Shown piece by piece: positions 51,713 to 64,000 of a stretch of 64,000 nucleotides of DNA (within the stretch, counting starts at the first letter, position 1; each line of letters starts with the position of its first letter). The stretch is taken from NCBI GenBank assembly GCA_028023455.1, contig JAQFVV010000005.1:20832001-20896000 (forward strand). Reading direction: 5' to 3'. A program made the translations under genes and the position numbers. Origin of the DNA: Epiperipatus broadwayi. Lineage: Eukaryota; Animalia; Onychophora. The notes below the pieces were generated by a model. It made no database searches. It saw nothing but the letters and a program-made list of their open reading frames with translations, and was not told the DNA's origin.

Positions 51713-54700
51713 TATGTATATATATATGGCTTTTATACTGCAAAGAAAGCACATTTGTTGTCATGCCTACAGTCTGGGTTCTTATGTAGAGTAATTAAAC
51801 ATTTTTTTTTTCAATAATTTTGACTTTTACTTTTGCCCACTTTCCTAAACATTTAATATTGATTAGTAAATGGGAATAGACAGAGAATATATCCAGGATG
51901 GAGACTTGATGAGCCTGCTGAATATTGCCTTTTCTTTCCTGTTTCTTTTTACGTGGTTATTGGACAGGCCTTAGCCTGAAATAGGGGTTATGCAAAAGCT
52001 ACTTCACTTTATCTTACTATATATATTCTATCATTGTGTACATAATAAACTGATCGCACATTATGCAGAATTAATTCTTCAATAGAAAATTAACTTTTAA
52101 CATCTATTCGAAATTTAATAAACTACTTAAAATTTATGACCATTAATATTAATGGACATCAAAAGACAAATTAAGCAAACAAAGTTCAAACTGTTGTTAA
52201 CGTGGCAATAATGTTTGACAAATATTTTTATTTCCAATAGAAAAATTATAAAGTATATTACGAACAATGCAGAAAGAGCATTTACTATTTGTAAAAGTCG
52301 TTTCGTTTCGTTTATATTTACAACAATATCAAGCAGCCATCAGGGAACCCTTCTTGAGATTCAACATTATCTTCCATCTCCCCATAGCCATAGTTTCTTT
52401 ATCAGTAACCCAGATTTTTAAAAAAATGTATAATTTTTCAATTCATAAATTTCGTGTTTGTAGCAGCCTATTTGAATACCATCACAAATCATTAGCAGCC
52501 ACTTTCTCTCTTAGGCATTTATTACATATCTCATCAAGTCGTGATCTCTCTCCCTGCTCACTGTATTACTGTATTGTTCTTTTCACAACTGAATTATAAT
52601 TATTTTTGTTAACTATATTTTAGCTAAGATCTTAATGCATGTATTTTAAAATTAAAAATGATAATAGATGTGTGTTAAAAAGTATGATAGGTGTTAGTGT
52701 ATGCTTGCAGTATTGAAATAGGCTAAATTATAGAAAGATATATTTTATTTATATTATAATATGAATACAATTATCCGTGCATTGTTATAATGTCAGATTC
52801 TAGAAATTCAAGGGCAATGGATTGCAGCCCAAAAATCAAATTTCTTATGAATTTCCAAATAGTAAATCATTCAATCATTATTATTTACCAAAACAGATCA
52901 ATTGATCATTATTAATATAAGATGAAAAATTGTTATATTTTGTATGAAGAATTAGTGATATTCTAAATAACTGACGAGAGGTTTTCTTGAAGTATATACC
53001 TAAGCAGACAACTGAATAATCAATGTAACATGGTGATTGGAGCTAACATCATATTAGTTTGCACACAATAAAAGTACATATTGTATAAAGTTTGCTATTA
53101 TTAGCAGAGGCTTCAGACTACCAAATATAATTGATAAATATCTGTTAATATTTTGTAATTTTGACATTAGCCCATTGCAGGAAATGAAAACTTACATGAA
53201 ATAATAATTATAATACAAACTGCCAATAGGTTTAATTTTTCAAATATACGGTATTAAACGATTCACGTCTAGTGACTCAACTATTATAAAGAACATGAAT
53301 AATGTAATTTTTACTGCAAGTAATGTTTAGCTTTTAAATCTTATCTGGATTTGAATATTAATTGCACTGATTGTTTCTGAAGCAAAAGTACTATGTATGT
53401 AGAATTTTCTTTTAATAAAGTCAGTTGAAGTTTAATCATACAAATCATAAAAATGTTATGATGTTAAGATAATACATTCACCTATCTTGCCTATTAGCTG
53501 GGATTTAAATTCAGGCCAAGTAAAAGTATTTTTAAGAGTCCTAAATTTTTTTCTCCAAATAGTTGGTTCATATTCATCTCAGCTAACTATCTAACAATTA
53601 GTTGATAAATGGATATCTAGTTATCCTTAGTTAGAGAATAGAACAAAATTAAAATATAATCAACTCTCATAATCCAGCAGTTGATAAATTTCATAGGTTC
53701 TATTTTTTTTTTACTATTTATCTTTGAAGAACTGCTGGGGTATCTTAACCATGTAGTGGGCTATTTATTAAGAAACTGTTTTATCATATTTTTTACATAT
53801 AAGAAAATTGTGAAGAATATAAATGTCTTTTTCAAAATGTGGTTAGAAACAAAACCTGTAGTTAAAGTTATTTTAAAATGCTTTATTCATTTAGCAAAAT
53901 AATTTTGTCATGCAATTAATTTTGAACTAATTTTGCTCAAGTACTATCAATATTAGATATTAGGATCAAAATTAAGTATAAGCTTACAGTCTATTGGTTA
54001 ATTTACAACCAATGTAAGATATAATTACTCTGAGTTGAAAAAGGGTATTGAATTCCCTTATAATTTTAAGTTTTTTTTATATATCAAGAATAATATTACA
54101 TGAGTTTTATATACTTATATGTCTCTTTATTCTATTTTAGAGTTATCTGCACTAAACTTCAGTAATCAATGGATATCAAATGGTACAATGCTATGATATT
54201 CATATACCCAAATTGGTTCTGGCTTATGCATGATTTTATACCTTTGAAGATTTAAATATAGCTTTGTTAGATGTGGATACTCAATAACTATGCATATAAA
54301 TAAACTAAATATATTTTTAGTATGTATAAAAGTGTTCATGTCACTATATAAAAAGGAATATATACATATCTAAAGATATTTACTGAAGCATGCATTATTT
54401 ATAATGCGATTTTAAATTTAAATTATTTTTATATATAATTTGAGATGGGAATCATGTAATTATAGTAGTACTCTTATTCAGATATGGTTTTTAAATATAA
54501 CTTTTTAAATTATTTATTCATACTATTATTTTCAGGAGCTTCTGTGTAATAAAATTATAATAGCTGACCTTTCAGTGCAATAACAAGTACTTGCCTTTCT
54601 CAAATAATAATAAGAATAAATGTGGCGAGATTTAAAATCCTTATTTTTCCTTTGTTGTTTTCTCTCATTCTCAAACTCTGTTGGTTTAGATGTTTTAAAA

Positions 54701-54829
54701 AATATTTTGTCCTCCAACAGTTTTTTCCAAATATTGTTAATTTTTCTTTAATTTACACTTATCATTTATGTCCTTATGCTTTTTAAAAATCTCTATAGCT
54801 TCCCTAAAGCTAAACTAGTCAATAAAATA

Positions 54830-54985
54830 ATCAAAATTATCCCAAATTCACAATTCAAACAGACTTTCAAAAAATATAAATCCAAAACACAACCAAGCAA
54901 TGAAACCGTAGGTTTCATTGCTTGGTTGTGTTTTAGAGTTTATATTTTTTGGTTAGTATGGTTGAGTTGTGGTAATGTTGATATA
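54830..54985. repeat. Long hairpin: perfect 24-bp stem with 3-nt loop, imperfectly extended to about 70 bp
   Basis: AAAACACAACCAAGCAATGAAACC-gta-GGTTTCATTGCTTGGTTGTGTTTT (54884-54934). Confidence 0.85.
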
Positions 54986-56363
54986 TATAAATTAAAGAAT
55001 ATTTAATAAATTATACTAATAAATATATTATTTGTCCACAAATTATTTTATTAAAAAGCCATATATGTTTAAAATTTACCTTTTTTAAAAAACAAAAAAA
55101 TAAGATTTTTATTGAAAAGATTAATATTTGTGCATATTTCATTTTTTAGATTTTTAAATAAAACAAATAGTAAATGCTTTATAGAGAATAAGATTCTAGC
55201 ATATTCTGAGTTGTGATTGGTGGTGTTTAAAAACCTGGCAAGACTAATAGAATTTTCTTGAAATTTGTCATGTGAGTCTTGTATTGTCATTTACAATTGT
55301 ATTATCTAATATTTTATTGCATAATGAGTTTAATAAAAGTACGATATTGAAACAAATTGCAGCACCATTAATTCAAATGACACATGTAATATAGTTTATA
55401 TATTAATGTGACTAAGTAAACTTTGACACTCATAACACAAACATGAAATTATTCAATTTCAGATATTTGATAATTTTAAAAATTAAATATATCTACTTTT
55501 TATTTACTTTAATTTTTATAGCATGCATGAACTTATTAACTAAAATCTTCAACTACTTCACTAAAATGTAATCTTTTCCAAAAACATCAGAAAAAAATGT
55601 TAACACTGCTCTCCATAATGTGTGCTAACTAAAATGAATGTGTTGGTAAAAGTGCATTAAGGTAGACATTTTTTCTGAAGTATTGCTCTTTAGAAAAAAT
55701 AACTGTAAATTTACATTAATAATATATGCTCTTCTTCATACAGGCTAGGTCAAGTATTTGAAGAGCATTATATTTTTTATTGTCAAATACAAATTCGCAT
55801 GTTAAAAGACATACATCACATTAGTAATAACTTTGTACCATGTGATCTCAAAGGTTTGAATGATTTTATGAAATAATACTTCAAGTCTATTTTAGAATAT
55901 TAAAAATTTGTTGTCTCAAAATGTATGCTGGTTCTTATTTGCATTGTAACACATGGTTAAGGTTTAGATCAAATCTATCAAGAAAAACCTTTTTAGGTAC
56001 CATCCATTAAACATAATTTTAAAAGTAATGAACAACCTTTTAAGCAAATGATTTTATTAATTTGGTAACTGAAGTTACAAATAATAGTCTGGGAGAAAAA
56101 CCCTTGAAGCATATTCATTCAGGTCACCATCAGTCCTTACGTGAATTAAAAACAGCAACAACTTGTATATAGACAAATATATTTTTTTAAAATACTTATT
56201 ATTATTATTTCATAATTAATGTATTTTTTGCAAATAATTAATAAAACAATTTTATATTTTATTAATAGTTATTTAAAACTATTTAACTAAAAAGAATTTA
56301 AAAATTGATATAAAGTATCACATGATCACATTTCCTATACTAGCACATTAATTGTTGATAAAC

Positions 56364-56518
56364 AGAGCAAAACTCTCCATACAGTATTGCCACTTGTGCT
56401 AAACAGAGTAATCAATGGATGCCAGAAGGCTTGTGCATAAAATCCCTATCTAATGCCTACTCATCCAATATCCCCAGACTAGTTTCTGGCTTGTGGCCTT
56501 CGTCAGTGAGGAGCTTTG
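56364..56518 (-). mobile_element. Family A single-arm copy
   Basis: High similarity to 16540-16690; ends near the family A terminus GAGAGTTTTGC. Confidence 0.85.
56471..56512 (-). ncRNA. Minimal type I hammerhead ribozyme (best-preserved family A copy)
   Basis: TCCTCA-CTGACGA-A-GGC-cacaa-GCC-A-GAAA-CTAG-TC-TGGGGA; 6-bp stem I, predicted GUC cleavage between 56477 and 56476. Confidence 0.75.
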
Positions 56519-58606
56519 ATATAAAGTAGTTCAAATAAAATTATAAAGCCATAGAACCCTTCATTGTGTTCTTTGGAAATAAGACTGTGGGAATTCAATC
56601 TATGGCAATTTTGATTTCTACAATTCGTTTTATTGAATAAAAAAAAAATTGAATATATTATATAAAAGAGCTTGTGAAACATAAAAAGCAATCTTGAAAA
56701 TTGATAGTCTTAAATAGTGCACATACCACATGCTATATATGATGGATATTCTTGATATATTGACTCTGTAATTATGAAATAAATATTCTTTCTTTAATTC
56801 AGTAGGAGCCATGCATGATATGGTGGCAAACTCTAGAGCCCATTCTCAACTCTGTAAGGATCCGGTGCTCAAACTTTTTATGAACTTTGCAATAAATTAT
56901 ATAATTATTTATTTTAATTTAGTAAAACGTGAATAATATAATCAGATCTACTATGCCAAGTTCAAGGATAATACTGAGATGGTTGATAACAGAAGCCATA
57001 AATAATATAATTTTGATATGTATTAACCATATTTAATTATTTTTTGGTCATATTTTTACTTTTTATCATATAAACATTGAAAAATACAACTTTAAAAACA
57101 AATTGTATTACATAATGAAAATTCAGTTTTACTCGAAGATTTTTTTCCCTATCACGTTGCTAAAGTTCTAATTATTTTTGTAGAAAGTTTATACTATTTT
57201 TTTTTTTTAATCATCCAGTTGATAATTGAAAACACTTTAGTTCTTAAAAACTATATATAACTACTTTTTTAATAGTATACTGTTACAAGTTGCAGAAACT
57301 TTAATTACGTTTTTTCTGGCTTCTTTACAAAATGATCAAAAATGTAATAAAGTTATACGAGGATTGAGGCCAACTATATAAAGTCAAATAAATATTAAAA
57401 GTTAAAATTAATCAAAACCAACTAAAGGAAATTAAAAATTCTAATAGAAAGAATGTCAAAGCTCTACTTTAGCGCCGTCTATAAGATAATCTCTATATTG
57501 GTCTTATTTTTTAAAAGCGAATAATAAGTGTGCAATATATATTAAATAATATTATGAACAATACCAAATAAATTATAAGGTCTAACGCTTATACATCTAA
57601 GAAATCAATATAATTATTCATATTACTGTAGCTCTTGTAGTTTGACATAAACAATTGATACGTACCAATCGCAAAGAAACCATTCTCTATGGGTTCACAT
57701 GAACGAAAAAATTTGATATCACATTTTCAAACTCTTAATGAGTTACAAAGAAATTAAAATTATATTTTGAATCTTTTCTCTAAATAATTTGATGAACGCT
57801 ATTAATTCAAAGGATTCATTATTGAAAAAAAAATCTTACCGAAAAAAATGTCAAAATAGCAATTTTCAAAATTATTAATTGCCAAGTACAGATGTATAAA
57901 AAGTGAATTTAATGGAGTATATACTGTTTCTCTGTTGTTTTTTTACTTACGGTAGCAATAACTAATTTTAGAAAATGTTTTATTAAATTAACAATAATAA
58001 AAGTTTTAAAATAAATTCAATTGACCAAACTAGACTTAAAGGTCTCACATTATTGAGCACAAAGAGAAATCCGAAATGGAATTGCAAAAAGTAATGTGTT
58101 ATTTTGAAAAACCAAAGACAAGAACGGAATTTTTCTTTATAATATGTACGTTTGTTTATTAATTTGCTAATAAATAATTAATAAAACATATAAATAAACA
58201 AGAACAAAAAAAGGCATTTTGAAATTGGAGGAGGAAGAGCGTTTGAAACCTTCACCCCCTTTCCCCCAAATTTTTAGCTATGTTAATATAAATTTTTTTT
58301 ATTGTTAATACATTTTTTGTTTTATCTTAAAATTAATACCATGCATCCTGGCAGGCTTTCGGTTGACCATACAATGGCTTATGGATTGTTTGATTATTTC
58401 ATAGAAAATGAGAAACATCTTTAACTGGAAACATAATGGTCAATGAAGAAATTTAAACAGATAGTGAAACTTTTGCAAAGATCTTTATCTATATAATAGC
58501 ACATATAAATTTTAAAAAATATTTTATGTTTTTAGAGCAGTTAGTTAAACTAGCTGATCAAAAACAGTAGATGGCCATATATACATCATAACATTAGAAT
58601 TTGTAA

Positions 58607-58751
58607 ACAAAGGCAAAACTCCCCATACAGTAGTACCACCCTGTGCCAAACAGAGTAATCAATGGATGCCAGAAGGCTTGTGCATAAAATCCCTATCTAG
58701 TGCCTACTCATCCAATATCCCCAGACTAGTTTCTGGCTTGTGGACATGGTT
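58607..58751 (-). mobile_element. Family A copy truncated inside the hammerhead
   Basis: 18-bp TSD TAACATTAGAATTTGTAA at 58589-58606 and 58752-58769. Confidence 0.9.
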
Positions 58752-60036
58752 TAACATTAGAATTTGTAATGACAGACAAAATATATCTTTATCTAATGGT
58801 TTTCAAAGTTCATGCTTTATAAACTGAGAAACAAAATGTTTAGAAAAACTGATGACTATTTTAAACTTAATTTATATGATAAATTACTTGGTGTTTTCTT
58901 TTGGTATGTATACATAAAACCAACCATATCTTACATATTTTTTACCTCCAAGTTTGCAATAAATCTTGAACTATCACTTGGTATAAAATCTTCCAAACCA
59001 ATATGTCTCAGTATACATGTATTTTGTGAGACAATCTTTCAAATATCCGACATCCACACAGAAATGGTAGCTAGATTATTCTACTTATATGTCACATTAT
59101 ATTCAATTTGATGGTGAACAATGAATATTTTAGCAATTTTTCCATATACCTTTTAGTATCATAGTGTAGAAATGGTTAACCAAAGTATTAGTAGAAGTTA
59201 AAAGGCCACCAAATGGGGACAGTGTGATGATATTGCAGCATTTGGGAAAAGAAATAATTTTGCTTTTTTACATACATATATAGAATGTTATAATTCTGGA
59301 AAAGATTAAAATCTCCCAGTTCTATCTTTACTAAACATAATTAACTATCCCATTTTATATTATTTTCTAATAGCAATAACAGATAAAAAAGAAATCCTTC
59401 TTCAACTGCTATGTAGGTACTTGATGATAAAGAATGTGGAAAATGATAATTATGAAATTTAATATATACAATGATGTATTTTCAACCAAATTTAAATTGG
59501 CCTAGAGTAATGTTTACAAAATAGAATCTCAAAATCTTATAATGCACCTATGAACTTTCAGTTCATCATGAATATGTAATAAAATAATTACATAGTATTA
59601 TTTTAGTATGTAATAATTTTAGTAATGATGAATATCTCTCTGTATTATCTATACTAATCTTTCATAGAAGATCAAACAATTAAGACGACATTTAAAATAA
59701 TTTTAATTTTGTATATGTTTATCATTTAGTTTGAATTTAATTTTGTAAGCAAATTGAATTATTTTCTATGACAATCAATACTTTAAAAATTAGTAATATT
59801 ATACCATTAATTTATATTGAGGAAAAACAAACTTACTTCTGAGCTTCCAATTTACACTTGCTTTTTCCCCATTCCTCATGAGTTGTCTTAATTTTTAAAA
59901 AAATGTATTGTTGAAATTAATAAAAATACCTTTCATTTGTAAAAATAAACTTTCAAATTACATTAAAACTTATCTTTTTTCTTGACAAGCATAGCATGAA
60001 AAGTTCCCACTACAGATCTGAGTGAATTAAAATTTT

Positions 60037-62930
60037 GTGATGTGATGTCTCCTTATACAGAATCAGGAATCTCTCAGCAACTATGCCCAGAGAAACTTGT
60101 TAGCCATTTTAACTTCCCTTTCCATTTCCTGCCCTAAGTTTTCCCATATTCTTCTTTATCCTGCTCCATCACATTTCTACAACATAATCTTTGTCAACTC
60201 CGTGACCTTCATATCTAAATCCCTCTTATCTTTCCCCAAACCCAGCATAAAAGCCAAAAACCCATTTTCCATATAGTCACTTTGTTTATATTTATTCTTT
60301 TCACAACCTCATTATTTGTATCCTTTCTGTTTTCAGGCATTTACATTCAATTAACAAATGGCTAATATTTTCTATACTTTCCTTACACAACTTGCAGACT
60401 AAGTTACCCACATTTTTCCATTTACGTGTATATTCCTTTGTTGCTAAAGATCTCATTCAAGCCTTAAACAGTAAACTATTTTCCTTTCCTTGCTATTGCC
60501 ATAAATTAACTCGCACCCAATATTGTGTTTACTTCTTTATATATTTAAACTCTTTTTACTCTCCATACTAGTCATCTCTCCAATGCCATATTCTTTATTA
60601 ATGTATCTATTCTTCTATCCCATTCCTTCTACTATAACACTCAATTCTCCTAACACATTCCTTCTACTATAACACTCAACAATTCTCCTAACACAATTAT
60701 CCCACCTTTTGTATAAGTAAAATGACAAATTCTTTATCTAAATCTTTTGCATATCACATTATCTTTCTCACTCATCTTCTTGCCTGCCCTTTATTCATAA
60801 CCCAATTAAATACTATTTTGACTATTCTTTTATTATCCATAAACTGCAATCTACTGAACATTTTCATTTTGCTTTTTGCATCTCTCATATAAAAATGTGA
60901 CCATCCTATTTCTCCTTGAATTACCTCATTTGCTATCCACACATCTGTATCTAATGCATATCTTCCTACTTCTCTTTGTAATTTTTCTAAGTAATTTAAT
61001 ACCCCTTTAGTAACACACAATGCATTGTCACCATCTGTTAACCTTCCTACTGCCACTCCCATGCAATTCTAGCTACATCCTATTTATTATATGGGAACAC
61101 TTTTAATTTCTTTATCAATCCCTTTCTTTTCTTTGCTTTATTTATCAATTTTTTCTCCCATTCATCCAAGCAACTTCTCTGATTACTTAAGACAATTCCC
61201 AAATAGTTATAACTATTCATCACACTTAATTATATCCCCCAATAAAAATTCTTTGTCTTCTCTTTCCCCAGTATTAATCATCATTACCTTTGATTTTTCT
61301 TCATAAAATTTAATCCCCATCTCTTTACCCACCCTTGCATATGTCCTCAGCATAATTTTTATATCTTCACTTCTTTCTGCACACAAAAAAACATTGTCTG
61401 CAAATAAAAGACTCAACAATGTATATACTCCCTTGCAACATATTAATGGTATCTCTACCCTTCTTCTTAGTCTTTCCATTGTTCACTTCGTTTCTCTCAA
61501 ATACAAACAAAAACAAAATAAGTGACATATGGCATTCTTGTCTTAGTCCCACCCCATTTTTAACTTTAACTGATTCTATATTTTCTAATTGATATATAGT
61601 AATTATTTTCATATAATTTCTTAATAATATCCATTAAAGCTTTATCGATTCCCAAATTTACTAAACTTACCCGTAATCTATTTATTCTATCATATACCTT
61701 CTCTATATTTATAAAAACCATATATACCTGTACTTCTACTCATATCCATAAGTTGTATAATTACAAATAAATTATCTCCTATATGCTTGTCTGATTAAAA
61801 ACCTCCTTGCATTTTTCCCACTATATTATCTTCTTTCATCCATTTTGCAACTCTTCCAGCTACCATATATGAGATGCTATCAGTCTATAATTGTTTGATT
61901 TTCTATTATTCTTACCCTTTTCTTTAAATAGTAGCCTTACTCTTATTTTACTCCAACTACCTGGTAAATATCTCTTCCGTGCTATCTTATTCAAACATGA
62001 TAATAGTTTTAATTTTGCCTTATGCCCTAAATTCATTACCATCTCTTCTGCCCTTCCATCCAAACATCTTAAACCTTCAACTTTTCAATTTCTTACCTGC
62101 CTCATTCATTTTCTCTAAACCTAATATTTCCATTACTATATGCTTTCATGATTGCTATCACTCTGTCCTTCACATCTAACATCTTTTTTTATTCATTACA
62201 TAATTATTTAAGATTATCTCTAATTGTTCTCTAGAGCTACACTCTATTCTCTCATCATCTAGTAATACTATTTCTCTCTCTCCTACATTCCTTCTTTTAA
62301 TATATTTCCAAAAATTTTTACTTCCATCTCTTCCACTTTTGTTTATATTCTCCAGCAATTTACTGTTCAATTTCATTCTCTCTATATATAATTATCTATT
62401 TTAAACAACTTCCTATTTTCTAAAGTACTTTTCCCATTTAACATTAACATCTTTTTCACATTAACTGTTCTTAATAGCACATCTATGTTCTCTGCAAGCT
62501 TTCCCCTCTCTTTTACACTTTTACTAACTCTCACTTTCCTATTAATTTTATTCTTCTGAATATTCTCACTTAAAACCCTGTTTGCCACTTTTTCTATTTC
62601 ACCACATCAGTCCTTATACTCACCCCCAACTAACCCTTCCATGGTTTCTTCAATGTTTGTTTTATACTCTTCTAACTTATTCTTATCATTTACTCTCCAT
62701 CCACATCTTTCACTATCCTTTCTACTTTTATTACTATTTTTCATCACATTACTAACCATTTCTATTATAAAAAAGTTATGATCACTATTACATACTCTCT
62801 CTTCATTATTAAATACCTTAATTTTCCGTAGTTTATTTATTCCCTCTTTCTCTACTAATACATTATCTATTGAGTGTAATTTATTATTTCTAGACTGTTT
62901 TACTGCTTCCCTGACTAGACCTGCCATATA
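60037..62930 (-). mobile_element. LINE family L, longest copy (EN C-terminus, RT, zinc motif), decayed, with (CATCA)n tail
   Basis: CNSDHNF (62607-62927), YRLIA (61860-62063), LLFADN (61213-61479); tail GTGATGTGATGT at 60037-60048; homologous to 1-1551. Confidence 0.85.
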
Positions 62931-64000
62931 TGTTCAAAAACTGAAATATAAAAAAAAATTCTTTAAAAATGAACAGTTAAGCAGCAAAAAATGAAATGAA
63001 TAAGTGAACACCTTTTTTTATTAGCATTCAAAATCAATAATAAAAACATTAAATATAATTAACTGTTTTATTTTAAATCGTTATCTAAACTGCCATAGCA
63101 AATGAAAAAATTATCTTCCAATTACTTTGTTGGCAGTTAGTAGAATAGCAAATATGGAAAATGCCATTTATAAGATTCACTATACATTCATGAAGCTGTA
63201 TTTATAGTCGAACTTAAATTGACTTAAAGATTATAACATAAGTGATATTATTAATTATATTTAATAAAGATGGCACTAGAAATTTTTATTACTTTTAGAG
63301 TTGTATGTTAAAATACCATTATAATTCTTATATTATATAGTTACAGTCGATTTGAAATTTATAAGGATATTAAAATGAATACTATGAGATTTTAATCTTG
63401 GGAATATTATTCAAAGCCAATTCCAACCAGACTATAAATATCTACTTAAGAATTTACATTGATGTTTGCATAGACCACTGTTCATATTTACCATCCTAAT
63501 AAGCATTCAAGTAGTTGAAAGAGGGTTTATTTTTAGGGTGACCAGACTGGTTCAATCAAAATCAGGACATAACAACCAATCATTTCTACAATATTGCGCC
63601 CTTTTTTTTTTTATTATAAAATTCCATTCCCGTATATATTCATCATTGTAAGTACACTTCCTCTTTGGTATATTGTCTATTGTTTAGGGTTATTAATATT
63701 CCTATTAATTTTATCACTATAGAAAATTAATATCAATAAAGAACTAGTAAAATTGCCAATCAAAGCAGGTGCAAGCACAGTTCAAATTTTAGACTACAAA
63801 AATCCAACTATGCATGCTCCCAAGTGAGAACACTTCTAGTTTGGGAACCTGGCCACATAACATAATAGTGATCTTTGTTTTGGTTTTGGAATTTGTCTGA
63901 AGTTTTTATAATATTACTGTAAAGACTGAAGAAACTATCATTTTTGCAATGAATTATTTATATAAGATAAATAATAATTATGAATATTTGAAAATATGGA

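Noticed and set aside
52971-53000. CTGACGA-GAG-gtttt-CTT-GAAG motif
   Set aside because: GAAG instead of GAAA, no stem I and no element context; probably chance

Overview
Very AT-rich, CpG-depleted eukaryotic DNA, probably an invertebrate such as an arthropod (inference from composition and repeat content). It is intergenic or intronic and I recognise no intact cellular gene; there are only two low-confidence candidate first exons (- strand, 31230-31294 and 40268-40332). The window is mostly transposon remnants: a 5'-truncated RTE LINE nested in a second LINE family (three copies in the window), decayed RTE-BovB-like LINEs, two Tigger/pogo elements, a DNA element with an 8-bp TSD, tRNA-derived SINEs and satellites. 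The main signal is a set of about a dozen short fold-back (inverted-duplicated) insertions from several mutually unrelated sequence families. Almost all carry a minimal type I hammerhead ribozyme motif whose stem III is very short and palindromic. Many have 11-18 bp target-site duplications and a tail extension on one arm only. One family has a tRNA-like (Pol III) head, two show tandem monomers of about 400-440 bp, and several show compensatory changes at the hammerhead 3-8 pair. This architecture matches non-autonomous Penelope-like (PLE) or retrozyme-type elements; no autonomous PLE ORF is visible in the window. All alignments and folds were done by eye and ribozyme activity is untested.
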